Shown: piece by piece, positions 39,821 to 52,400 of the stretch
Numbering within the stretch: the stretch's first letter is position 1
Layout: each line of letters opens with the position of its first letter
Source of the DNA: Perkinsela sp. CCAP 1560/9
Taxonomy: Eukaryota; Protista; Euglenozoa: Kinetoplastea
NCBI GenBank assembly: GCA_965644495.1
Contig: CBFFSA010000011.1
Location: forward strand, 558,001-622,000
DNA length: 64,000 nt
Direction: 5' to 3'
The notes under the pieces: generated by a model
What the model saw: the letters and a program-made list of their open reading frames with translations, nothing else
Databases searched by the model: none
What the model was told of the DNA's origin: nothing
Program-made: the position numbers and the translations under genes

Positions 39821-42800
39821 CAAAAAAAAAGGTCTTCAAAAAAACAAAGGTCTTCAAAAAAACAAAGGTCTTCAAAAAAAGAAAGGTCTTCAAAAAATCA
39901 AAGGTCTTCAAAAAAACAAAGGTCTTCAAAAAAACAAAGGTCTTCAAAAAAACAAAGGTCTTCAAAAAAACAAAGGTCTTCAAAAAAACAAAGGTCTTCA
40001 AAAAAACAAAGGTCTTCAAAAAAACAAAGGTCTTCAAAAAAACAAAGGTCTTCAAAAAAACAAAGGTCTTCAAAAAAACAAAGGTCTTCAAAAAAACAAA
40101 GGTCCTCAAAAAAACAAAGGTCTTCAAAAAAAACAAAGGTCATCAAAAAAACAAAGGTCTTCAAAAAAACAAAGGTCTTCGAAAAAACAAAGGTCTTCAA
40201 AAAAACAAAGGTCTTCAAAAAAAAAAAGGTCTTCAAAAAAAACAAAGGTCTTCAAAAAAACAAAAGTCTTCAAAAAAACATAGGTCTTCAAAAAAACAAA
40301 GGTCTTCAAAAAAACAAAGGTCTTCAAAAAAACAAAGGTCTTCAAAAAAACAAAGGTCTTCAAAAACAAAGGTCTTCAAAAAAACAAAGGTCTTCAAAAA
40401 AACAAAGGTCTTCAAAAAAAGAAAGGTCTTCAAAAAATCAAAGGTCTTCAAAAAAACAAAGGTCTTCAAAAAAACAAAGGTCTTCAAAAAAACAAAGGTC
40501 TTCAAAAAAACAAAGGTCTTCAAAAAAACAAAGGTCTTCAAAAAAACAAAGGTCTTCAAAAAAACAAAGGTCTTCAAAAAAACAAAGGTCTTCAAAAAAA
40601 CAAAGGTCTTCAAAAAAACAAAGGTCTTCAAAAAAACAAAGGTCCTCAAAAAAACAAAGGTCTTCAAAAAAAACAAAGGTCATCAAAAAAACAAAGGTCT
40701 TCAAAAAAACAAAGGTCTTCGAAAAAACAAAGGTCTTCAAAAAAACAAAGGTCTTCAAAAAAAAAAAGGTCTTCAAAAAAAACAAAGGTCTTCAAAAAAA
40801 CAAAAGTCTTCAAAAAAACAAAGTCTTCAAAAAATCAAAGGTCTTCAAAAAAACAAAGGTCTTCAAAAAAACAAAGGTCTTCAAAAAAACAAAGGTCTTC
40901 AAAAAAACAAAGGTCCTCAAAAAAACAAAGGTCTTCAAAAAAAACAAAGGTCATCAAAAAAACAAAGGTCTTCAAAAAAACAAAGGTCTTCAAAAAAACA
41001 AAGGTCTTCAAAAAAACAAAGGTCTTCAAAAAAACAAAGGTCTTCAAAAACAAAGGTCTTCAAAAAAACAAAGGTCTTCAAAAAGTCAAAAGGTCTTCAA
41101 AAAAACAAAAGTCTTCAAAAAAACAAAGTCTTCAAAAAATCAAAGGTCTTCAAAAAAACAAAGGTCTTCAAAAAAACAAAGGTCTTCAAAAAAACAAAGG
41201 TCTTCAAAAAAACAAAGGTCTTCAAAAAAACAAAGGTCTTCAAAAAAACAAAGGTCTTCAAAAACAAAGGTCTTCAAAAAAACAAAGGTCTTCAAAAAAA
41301 CAAAGGTCTTCAAAAAAAGAAAGGTCTTCAAAAAAAACAAACGTCTTCAAAAACAAAGGTCTTCAAAAAAACAAAGGTCTTCAAAAAGTCAAAAGGTCTT
41401 CAAAAAAAAAGGTCTTCAAAAAAACAAAGGTCTTCAAAAAAACAAAGGTCTTCAAAAAAAGAAAGGTCTTCAAAAAATCAAAGGTCTTCAAAAAAACAAA
41501 GGTCTTCAAAAAAACAAAGGTCTTCAAAAAAACAAAGGTCTTCAAAAAAACAAAGGTCTTCAAAAAAACAAAGGTCTTCAAAAAAACAAAGGTCTTCAAA
41601 AAAACAAAGGTCTTCAAAAAAACAAAGGTCTTCAAAAAAACAAAGGTCTTCAAAAAAACAAAGGTCTTCAAAAAAACAAAGGTCCTCAAAAAAACAAAGG
41701 TCTTCAAAAAAAACAAAGGTCATCAAAAAAACAAAGTCTTCAAAAAAACAAAGGTCTTCGAAAAAACAAAGGTCTTCAAAAAAACAAAGGTCTTCAAAAA
41801 AAAAAAGGTCTTCAAAAAAAACAAAGGTCTTCAAAAAAACAAAAGTCTTCAAAAAAACAAAGTCTTCAAAAAATCAAAGGTCTTCAAAAAAACAAAGGTC
41901 TTCAAAAAAACAAAGGTCTTCAAAAAAACAAAGGTCTTCAAAAAAACAAAGGTCCTCAAAAAAACAAAGGTCTTCAAAAAAAACAAAGGTCATCAAAAAA
42001 ACAAAGGTCTTCAAAAAAACAAAGGTCTTCAAAAAAACAAAGGTCTTCAAAAAAACAAAGGTCTTCAAAAAAACAAAGGTCTTCAAAAACAAAGGTCTTC
42101 AAAAAAACAAAGGTCTTCAAAAAGTCAAAAGGTCTTCAAAAAAACAAAAGTCTTCAAAAAAACAAAGTCTTCAAAAAATCAAAGGTCTTCAAAAAAACAA
42201 AGGTCTTCAAAAAAACAAAGGTCTTCAAAAAAACAAAGGTCTTCAAAAAAACAAAGGTCTTCAAAAAAACAAAGGTCTTCAAAAAAACAAAGGTCTTCAA
42301 AAACAAAGGTCTTCAAAAAAACAAAGGTCTTCAAAAAAACAAAGGTCTTCAAAAAAAGAAAGGTCTTCAAAAAAAACAAACGTCTTCAAAAACAAAGGTC
42401 TTCAAAAAAACAAAGGTCTTCAAAAAGTCAAAAGGTCTTCAAAAAAAAAGGTCTTCAAAAAAACAAAGGTCTTCAAAAAAACAAAGGTCTTCAAAAAAAG
42501 AAAGGTCTTCAAAAAATCAAAGGTCTTCAAAAAAACAAAGGTCTTCAAAAAAACAAAGGTCTTCAAAAAAACAAAGGTCTTCAAAAAAACAAAGGTCTTC
42601 AAAAAAACAAAGGTCTTCAAAAAAACAAAGGTCTTCAAAAAAACAAAGGTCTTCAAAAAAACAAAGGTCTTCAAAAAAACAAAGGTCTTCAAAAAAACAA
42701 AGGTCTTCAAAAAAACAAAGGTCCTCAAAAAAACAAAGGTCTTCAAAAAAAACAAAGGTCATCAAAAAAACAAAGGTCTTCAAAAAAACAAAGGTCTTCG

Positions 42801-43090
42801 AAAAAACAAAGGTCTTCAAAAAAACAAAGGTCTTCAAAAAAAAAAAGGTCTTCAAAAAAAACAAAGGTCTTCAAAAAAACAAAAGTCTTCAAAAAAACAA
42901 AGTCTTCAAAAAATCAAAGGTCTTCAAAAAAACAAAGGTCTTCAAAAAAACAAAGGTCTTCAAAAAAACAAAGGTCTTCAAAAAAACAAAGGTCCTCAAA
43001 AAAACAAAGGTCTTCAAAAAAAACAAAGGTCATCAAAAAAACAAAGGTCTTCAAAAAAACAAAGGTCTTCAAAAAAACAAAGGTCTTCAA
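38790..43090 (+). repeat. Higher-order repeat of about 1,040 bp (about 58 monomers), about four copies with one truncated 540-bp copy
   Basis: Equivalent ORF ends at 38858, 39898 (+1040), 40438 (+540), 41478 (+1040) and 42517 (+1039). A further related copy sits at 44106 (+1589). Confidence 0.88.
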
Positions 43091-43419
43091 AAAAACATAG
43101 GTCTTCAAAAAAACAAAGGTCTTCAAAAAAACAAAGGTCTTCAAAAAAACAAAGGTCTTCAAAAAAACAAAGGTCTTCAAAAACAAAGGTCTTCAAAAAA
43201 ACAAAGGTCTTCAAAAAAACAAAGGTCTTCAAAAAAAGAAAGGTCTTCAAAAACAAAGGTCTTCAAAAAAACAAAGGTCTTCAAAAAAACAAAGGTCTTC
43301 AAAAAAACAAAGGTCTTCAAAAACAAAGGTCTTCAAAAAAACAAAGGTCTTCAAAAAAACAAAGGTCTTCAAAAAAAGAAAGGTCTTCAAAAAAAACAAA
43401 GGTCTTCAAAAACAAAGGT

Positions 43420-46400
43420 CTTCAAAAAAACAAAGGTCTTCAAAAAAACAAAGGTCTTCAAAAAAACAAAGGTCTTCAAAAAAACAAAGGTCTTCAAAAA
43501 CAAAGGTCTTCAAAAAAACAAAGGTCTTCAAAAAAACAAAGGTCTTCAAAAAAACAAAGGTCTTCAAAAAAACAAAGGTCTTCAAAAAAACAAAGGTCTT
43601 CAAAAAAACAAAGGTCTTCAAAAAAACATAGGTCTTCAAAAAAACAAAGGTCTTCAAAAAAACAAAGGTCTTCAAAAAAACAAAGGTCTTCAAAAAAACA
43701 AAGGTCTTCAAAAACAAAGGTCTTCAAAAAAACAAAGGTCATCAAAAAAACAAAGGTCTTCAAAAAAACAAAGGTCTTCAAAAAAACAAAGGTCTTCAAA
43801 AAAACATAGGTCTTCAAAAAAACAAAGGTCTTCAAAAAAACAAAGGTCTTCAAAAAAACAAAGGTCTTCAAAAAAACAAAGGTCTTCAAAAACAAAGGTC
43901 TTCAAAAAAACAAAGGTCTTCAAAAAAACAAAGGTCTTCAAAAAAAGAAAGGTCTTCAAAAAAAACAAACGTCTTCAAAAACAAAGGTCTTCAAAAAAAC
44001 AAAGGTCTTCAAAAAGTCAAAAGGTCTTCAAAAAAAAAGGTCTTCAAAAAAACAAAGGTCTTCAAAAAAACAAAGGTCTTCAAAAAAAGAAAGGTCTTCA
44101 AAAAATCAAAGGTCTTCAAAAAAACAAAGGTCTTCAAAAAAACAAAGGTCTTCAAAAAAACAAAGGTCTTCAAAAAAACAAAGGTCTTCAAAAAAACAAA
44201 GGTCTTCAAAAAAACAAAGGTCTTCAAAAAAACAAAGGTCTTCAAAAAAACAAAGGTCTTCAAAAAAACAAAGGTCTTCAAAAAAACAAAGGTCTTCAAA
44301 AAAACAAAGGTCCTCAAAAAAACAAAGGTCTTCAAAAAAAACAAAGGTCATCAAAAAAACAAAGGTCTTCAAAAAAACAAAGGTCTTCGAAAAAACAAAG
44401 GTCTTCAAAAAAACAAAGGTCTTCAAAAAAAAAAAGGTCTTCAAAAAAAACAAAGGTCTTCAAAAAAACAAAAGTCTTCAAAAAAACAAAGTCTTCAAAA
44501 AATCAAAGGTCTTCAAAAAAACAAAGGTCTTCAAAAAAACAAAGGTCTTCAAAAAAACAAAGGTCTTCAAAAAAACAAAGGTCCTCAAAAAAACAAAGGT
44601 CTTCAAAAAAAACAAAGGTCATCAAAAAAACAAAGGTCTTCAAAAAAACAAAGGTCTTCAAAAAAACAAAGGTCTTCAAAAAAACATAGGTCTTCAAAAA
44701 AACAAAGGTCTTCAAAAAAACAAAGGTCTTCAAAAAAACAAAGGTCTTCAAAAAAACAAAGGTCTTCAAAAACAAAGGTCTTCAAAAAAACAAAGGTCTT
44801 CAAAAAAACAAAGGTCTTCAAAAAAAGAAAGGTCTTCAAAAAAAACAAAGGTCTTCAAAAACAAAGGTCTTCAAAAAAACAAAGGTCTTCAAAAAGTCAA
44901 AAGGTCTTCAAAAAAAAAGGTCTTCAAAAAAACAAAGGTCTTCAAAAAAACAAAAGGTCTTCAAAAAAAGAAAGGTCTTCAAAAAAACAAAGGTCTTCAA
45001 AAAAACAAAGGTCTTCAAAAAAACAAAGGTCTTCAAAAAAACAAAGGTCCTCAAAAAAACAAAGGTCTTCAAAAAAAACAAAGGTCATCAAAAAAACAAA
45101 GGTCTTCAAAAAAACAAAGGTCTTCAAAAAAACAAAGGTCTTCAAAAAAACAAAGGTCTTCAAAAAAACAAAGGTCTTCAAAAAAACAAAGGTCTTCAAA
45201 AACAAAGGTCTTCAAAAAAACAAAGGTCTTCAAAAAAACAAAGGTCTTCAAAAAAACAAAGGTCTTCAAAAAAACAAAGGTCTTCAAAAAAACAAAGGTC
45301 TTCAAAAAAACAAAGGTCTTCAAAAAAACATAGGTCTTCAAAAAAACAAAGGTCTTCAAAAAAACAAAGGTCTTCAAAAAAACAAAGGTCTTCAAAAACA
45401 AAGGTCTTCAAAAAAACAAAGGTCTTCAAAAAAACAAAGGTCTTCAAAGAAAGAAAGGTCTTCAAAAAAAACAAAGGTCTTCAAAAACAAAGGTCTTCAA
45501 AAAAACAAAGGTCTTCAAAAAGTCAAAAGGTCTTCTAAAAAAAAGGTCTTCAAAAAAACAAAGGTCTTCAAAAAAACAAAGGTCTTCAAAAAAACAAAAG
45601 GTCTTCAAAAAAAGAAAGGTCTTCAAAAAAACAAAGGTCTTCAAAAAAACAAAGGTCTTCAAAAAAAAAAAGGTCTTCAAAAAAAACAAAGGTCTTCAAA
45701 AAAACAAAAGTCTTCAAAAAAACAAAGTCTTCAAAAAATCAAAGGTCTTCAAAAAAACAAAGGTCTTCAAAAAAACAAAGGTCTTCAAAAAAACAAAGGT
45801 CTTCAAAAAAATAAAGGTCTTCAAAAAAACAAAGGTCTTCAAAAAAACAAAGGTCTTCAAAAAAACAAAGGTCTTCAAAAAAACAAAGGTCTTCAAAAAA
45901 ACAAAGGTCTTCAAAAACAAAGGTCTTCAAAAAAACAAAGGTCTTCAAAAAAACAAAGGTCTTCAAAAAAAGAAAGGTCTTCAAAAAAAACAAAGGTCTT
46001 CAAAAACAAAGGTCTTCAAAAAAACAAAGGTCTTCAAAAAGTCAAAAGGTCTTCAAAAAAAAAGGTCTTCAAAAAAACAAAGGTCTTCAAAAAAACAAAG
46101 GTCTTCAAAAAAACAAAAGGTCTTCAAAAAAAGAAAGGTCTTCAAAAAAACAAAGGTCTTCAAAAAAACAAAGGTCTTCGAAAAAACAAAGGTCTTCAAA
46201 AAAACAAAGGTCTTCAAAAAAACAAAGGTCTTCAAAAAAACAAAGGTCTTCAAAAAAACATAGGTCTTCAAAAAAACAAAGGTCTTCAAAAAAACAAAGG
46301 TCTTCAAAAAAACAAAGGTCTTCAAAAAAACAAAAGGTCTTCAAAAAAAGAAAGGTCTTCAAAAAAAGAAAGGTCTTCAAAAAAACAAAGGTCTTCGAAA

Positions 46401-49400
46401 AAACAAAGGTCTTCAAAAAAACAAAGGTCTTCAAAAAAAAAAAGGTCTTCAAAAAAAACAAAGGTCTTCAAAAAAACAAAAGTCTTCAAAAAAACAAAGT
46501 CTTCAAAAAATCAAAGGTCTTCAAAAAAACAAAGGTCTTCAAAAAAACAAAGGTCTTCAAAAAAACAAAGGTCTTCAAAAAAAACAAAGGTCTTCAAAAA
46601 CAAAGGTCTTCAAAAAAACAAAGGTCTTCAAAAAGTCAAAAGGTCTTCAAAAAAAAAGGTCTTCAAAAAAACAAAGGTCTTCAAAAAAACAAAGGTCTTC
46701 AAAAAAACAAAAGGTCTTCAAAAAAAGAAAGGTCTTCAAAAAAACAAAGGTCTTCAAAAAAACAAAGGTCTTCGAAAAAACAAAGGTCTTCAAAAAAACA
46801 AAGGTCTTCAAAAAAACAAAGGTCTTCAAAAAAACAAAGGTCTTCAAAAAAACAAAGGTCTTCAAAAAAACAAAGGTCTTCAAAAAAACAAAAGGTCTTC
46901 AAAAAAAGAAAGGTCTTCAAAAAAACAAAGGTCTTCAAAAAAACAAAGGTCTTCGAAAAAACAAAGGTCTTCAAAAAAACAAAAGTCTTTAAAAAAACAA
47001 AGTCTTCAAAAAATCAAAGGTCTTCAAAAAAACAAAGGTCTTCAAAAAAACAAAGGTCTTCAAAAAAACAAAGGTCTTCAAAAAAACAAAGGTCCTCAAA
47101 AAAACAAAGGTCTTCAAAAAAAACAAAGGTCTTCAAAAAAAAAAAGGTCTTCAAAAAAACAAAGGTCTTCAAAAAAACAAAGGTCTTCAAAAAAACAAAG
47201 GTCTTCAAAAACAAAGGTCTTCAAAAAAACAAAGGTCTTCAAAAAAACAAAGGTCTTCAAAAAAACAAAGGTCTTCAAAAAAACAAAGGTCTTCAAAAAA
47301 ACAAAGGTCTTCAAAAAAACATAGGTCTTCAAAAAAACAAAGGTCTTCAAAAAAACAAAGGTCTTCAAAAAAACAAAGGTCTTCAAAAAAACAAAGGTCT
47401 TCAAAAACAAAGGTCTTCAAAAAAACAAAGGTCTTCAAAAAAACAAAGGTCTTCAAAAAAAGAAAGGTCTTCAAAAAAAACAAAGGTCTTCAAAAACAAA
47501 CGTCTTCAAAAAAACAAAGGTCTTCAAAAAGTCAAAAGGTCTTCAAAAAAAAAGGTCTTCAAAAAAACAAAGGTCTTCAAAAAAACAAAGGTCTTCAAAA
47601 AAACAAAAGGTCTTCAAAAAAAGAAAGGTCTTCAAAAAAACAAAGGTCTTCAAAAAAACAAAGGTCTTCAAAAAAACAAAAGTCTTCAAAAAAACAAAGG
47701 TCTTCAAAAAAACAAAGGTCTTCAAAAAAACAAAGGTCTTCAAAAAAAAAAAGGTCTTCAAAAAAACAAAAGGTCTTCAAAAAAAGAAAGGTCTTCAAAA
47801 AAACAAAGGTCTTCAAAAAAACAAAGGTCTTCGAAAAAACAAAGGTCTTCAAAAAAACAAAGGTCTTCAAAAAAACAAAGGTCTTCAAAAAAACAAAGGT
47901 CTTCAAAAAAACAAAGGTCTTCAAAAAAACAAAGGTCTTCAAAAAAACAAAAGGTCTTCAAAAAAAGAAAGGTCTTCAAAAAAACAAAGGTCTTCAAAAA
48001 AACAAAGGTCTTCGAAAAAACAAAGGTCTTCAAAAAAACAAAAGTCTTTAGAAAAACAAAGTCTTCAAAAAATCAAAGGTCTTCAAAAAAACAAAGGTCT
48101 TCAAAAAAACAAAGGTCTTCAAAAAAACAAAGGTCTTCAAAAAAACAAAGGTCTTCAAAAAAACAAAGGTCTTCAAAAAAAACAAAGGTGATCAAAAAAA
48201 CAAAGGTCTTCAAAAAAACAAAGGTCTTCAAAAAAAAAAAGGTCTTCAAAAAAACAAAGGTCTTCAAAAAAACAAAGGTCTTCAAAAAAACAAAGGTCTT
48301 CAAAAACAAAGGTCTTCAAAAAAACAAAGGTCTTCAAAAAAACAAAGGTCTTCAAAAAAACAAAGGTCTTCAAAAAAACAAAGGTCTTCAAAAAAACAAA
48401 GGTCTTCAAAAAAACATAGGTCTTCAAAAAAACAAAGGTCTTCAAAAAAACAAAGGTCTTCAAAAAAACAAAGGTCTTCAAAAAAACAAAGGTCTTCAAA
48501 AACAAAGGTCTTCAAAAAAACAAAGGTCTTCAAAAAAACAAAGGTCTTCAAAAAAAGAAAGGTCTTCAAAAAAAACAAAGGTCTTCAAAAACAAACGTCT
48601 TCAAAAAAACAAAGGTCTTCAAAAAGTCAAAAGGTCTTCAAAAAAAAAGGTCTTCAAAAAAACAAAGGTCTTCAAAAAAACAAAGGTCTTCAAAAAAACA
48701 AAAGGTCTTCAAAAAAAGAAAGGTCTTCAAAAAAACAAAGGTCTTCAAAAAAACAAAGGTCTTCGAAAAAACAAAGGTCTTCAAAAAAACAAAGGTCTTC
48801 AAAAAAACAAAGGTCTTCAAAAAAACAAAGGTCTTCAAAAAAACAAAGGTCTTCAAAAAAACATAGGTCTTCAAAAAAACAAAGGTCATCAAAAAAACAA
48901 AGGTCTTCAAAAAAACAAAGGTCTTCAAAAAAAAAAAGGTCTTCAAAAAAACAAAGGTCTTCAAAAAAAAAAAGGTCTTCAAAAAAAACAAAGGTCTTCA
49001 AAAAAACAAAAGTCTTCAAAAAAACAAAGTCTTCAAAAAATCAAAGGTCTTCAAAAAAACAAAGGTCTTCAAAAAAACAAAGGTCTTCAAAAAAACAAAG
49101 GTCTTCAAAAAAACAAAGGTCTTCAAAAAAACAAAGGTCTTCAAAAACAAAGGTCTTCAAAAAAACAAAGGTCTTCAAAAAAACAAAGGTCTTCAAAAAA
49201 ACAAAGGTCTTCAAAAAAACAAAGGTCTTCAAAAAAACAAAGGTCTTCAAAAAAACAAAGGTCTTCAAAAAAACATAGGTCTTCAAAAAAACAAAGGTCT
49301 TCAAAAAAACAAAGGTCTTCAAAAAAACAAAGGTCTTCAAAAAAACAAAGGTCTTCAAAAACAAAGGTCTTCAAAAAAACAAAGGTCATCAAAAAAACAA

Positions 49401-52400
49401 AGGTCTTCAAAAAAACAAAGGTCTTCAAAAAAACAAAGGTCTTCAAAAAAACATAGGTCTTCAAAAAAACAAAGGTCTTCAAAAAAACAAAGGTCTTCAA
49501 AAAAACAAAGGTCTTCAAAAAAACAAAGGTCTTCAAAAACAAAGGTCTTCAAAAAAACAAAGGTCTTCAAAAAAACAAAGGTCTTCAAAAAAAGAAAGGT
49601 CTTCAAAAAAAACAAACGTCTTCAAAAACAAAGGTCTTCAAAAAAACAAAGGTCTTCAAAAAGTCAAAAGGTCTTCAAAAAAAAAGGTCTTCAAAAAAAC
49701 AAAGGTCTTCAAAAAAACAAAGGTCTTCAAAAAAAGAAAGGTCTTCAAAAAATCAAAGGTCTTCAAAAAAACAAAGGTCTTCAAAAAAACAAAGGTCTTC
49801 AAAAAAACAAAGGTCTTCAAAAAAACAAAGGTCTTCAAAAAAACAAAGGTCTTCAAAAAAACAAAGGTCTTCAAAAAAACAAAGGTCTTCAAAAAAACAA
49901 AGGTCTTCAAAAAAACAAAGGTCTTCAAAAAAACAAAGGTCTTCAAAAAAACAAAGGTCCTCAAAAAAACAAAGGTCTTCAAAAAAAACAAAGGTCATCA
50001 AAAAAACAAAGGTCTTCAAAAAAACAAAGGTCTTCGAAAAAACAAAGGTCTTCAAAAAAACAAAGGTCTTCAAAAAAAAAAAGGTCTTCAAAAAAAACAA
50101 AGGTCTTCAAAAAAACAAAAGTCTTCAAAAAAACAAAGTCTTCAAAAAATCAAAGGTCTTCAAAAAAACAAAGGTCTTCAAAAAAACAAAGGTCTTCAAA
50201 AAAACAAAGGTCTTCAAAAAAACAAAGGTCCTCAAAAAAACAAAGGTCTTCAAAAAAAACAAAGGTCATCAAAAAAACAAAGGTCTTCAAAAAAACAAAG
50301 GTCTTCAAAAAAACAAAGGTCTTCAAAAAAACATAGGTCTTCAAAAAAACAAAGGTCTTCAAAAAAACAAAGGTCTTCAAAAAAACAAAGGTCTTCAAAA
50401 AAACAAAGGTCTTCAAAAACAAAGGTCTTCAAAAAAACAAAGGTCTTCAAAAAAACAAAGGTCTTCAAAAAAAGAAAGGTCTTCAAAAAAAACAAAGGTC
50501 TTCAAAAACAAAGGTCTTCAAAAAAACAAAGGTCTTCAAAAAGTCAAAAGGTCTTCAAAAAAAAAGGTCTTCAAAAAAACAAAGGTCTTCAAAAAAACAA
50601 AAGGTCTTCAAAAAAAGAAAGGTCTTCAAAAAAACAAAGGTCTTCAAAAAAACAAAGGTCTTCAAAAAAACAAAGGTCTTCAAAAAAACAAAGGTCCTCA
50701 AAAAAACAAAGGTCTTCAAAAAAAACAAAGGTCATCAAAAAAACAAAGGTCTTCAAAAAAACAAAGGTCTTCAAAAAAACAAAGGTCTTCAAAAAAACAA
50801 AGGTCTTCAAAAAAACAAAGGTCTTCAAAAAAACAAAGGTCTTCAAAAACAAAGGTCTTCAAAAAAACAAAGGTCTTCAAAAAAACAAAGGTCTTCAAAA
50901 AAACAAAGGTCTTCAAAAAAACAAAGGTCTTCAAAAAAACAAAGGTCTTCAAAAAAACAAAGGTCTTCAAAAAAACATAGGTCTTCAAAAAAACAAAGGT
51001 CTTCAAAAAAACAAAGGTCTTCAAAAAAACAAAGGTCTTCAAAAACAAAGGTCTTCAAAAAAACAAAGGTCTTCAAAAAAACAAAGGTCTTCAAAGAAAG
51101 AAAGGTCTTCAAAAAAAACAAAGGTCTTCAAAAACAAAGGTCTTCAAAAAAACAAAGGTCTTCAAAAAGTCAAAAGGTCTTCTAAAAAAAAGGTCTTCAA
51201 AAAAACAAAGGTCTTCAAAAAAACAAAGGTCTTCAAAAAAACAAAAGGTCTTCAAAAAAAGAAAGGTCTTCAAAAAAACAAAGGTCTTCAAAAAAACAAA
51301 GGTCTTCAAAAAAAAAAAGGTCTTCAAAAAAAACAAAGGTCTTCAAAAAAACAAAAGTCTTCAAAAAAACAAAGTCTTCAAAAAATCAAAGGTCTTCAAA
51401 AAAACAAAGGTCTTCAAAAAAACAAAGGTCTTCAAAAAAACAAAGGTCTTCAAAAAAATAAAGGTCTTCAAAAAAACAAAGGTCTTCAAAAAAACAAAGG
51501 TCTTCAAAAAAACAAAGGTCTTCAAAAAAACAAAGGTCTTCAAAAAAACAAAGGTCTTCAAAAACAAAGGTCTTCAAAAAAACAAAGGTCTTCAAAAAAA
51601 CAAAGGTCTTCAAAAAAAGAAAGGTCTTCAAAAAAAACAAAGGTCTTCAAAAACAAAGGTCTTCAAAAAAACAAAGGTCTTCAAAAAGTCAAAAGGTCTT
51701 CAAAAAAAAAGGTCTTCAAAAAAACAAAGGTCTTCAAAAAAACAAAGGTCTTCAAAAAAACAAAAGGTCTTCAAAAAAAGAAAGGTCTTCAAAAAAACAA
51801 AGGTCTTCAAAAAAACAAAGGTCTTCGAAAAAACAAAGGTCTTCAAAAAAACAAAGGTCTTCAAAAAAACAAAGGTCTTCAAAAAAACAAAGGTCTTCAA
51901 AAAAACATAGGTCTTCAAAAAAACAAAGGTCTTCAAAAAAACAAAGGTCTTCAAAAAAACAAAGGTCTTCAAAAAAACAAAAGGTCTTCAAAAAAAGAAA
52001 GGTCTTCAAAAAAAGAAAGGTCTTCAAAAAAACAAAGGTCTTCGAAAAAACAAAGGTCTTCAAAAAAACAAAGGTCTTCAAAAAAAAAAAGGTCTTCAAA
52101 AAAAACAAAGGTCTTCAAAAAAACAAAAGTCTTCAAAAAAACAAAGTCTTCAAAAAATCAAAGGTCTTCAAAAAAACAAAGGTCTTCAAAAAAACAAAGG
52201 TCTTCAAAAAAACAAAGGTCTTCAAAAAAAACAAAGGTCTTCAAAAACAAAGGTCTTCAAAAAAACAAAGGTCTTCAAAAAGTCAAAAGGTCTTCAAAAA
52301 AAAAGGTCTTCAAAAAAACAAAGGTCTTCAAAAAAACAAAGGTCTTCAAAAAAACAAAAGGTCTTCAAAAAAAGAAAGGTCTTCAAAAAAACAAAGGTCT

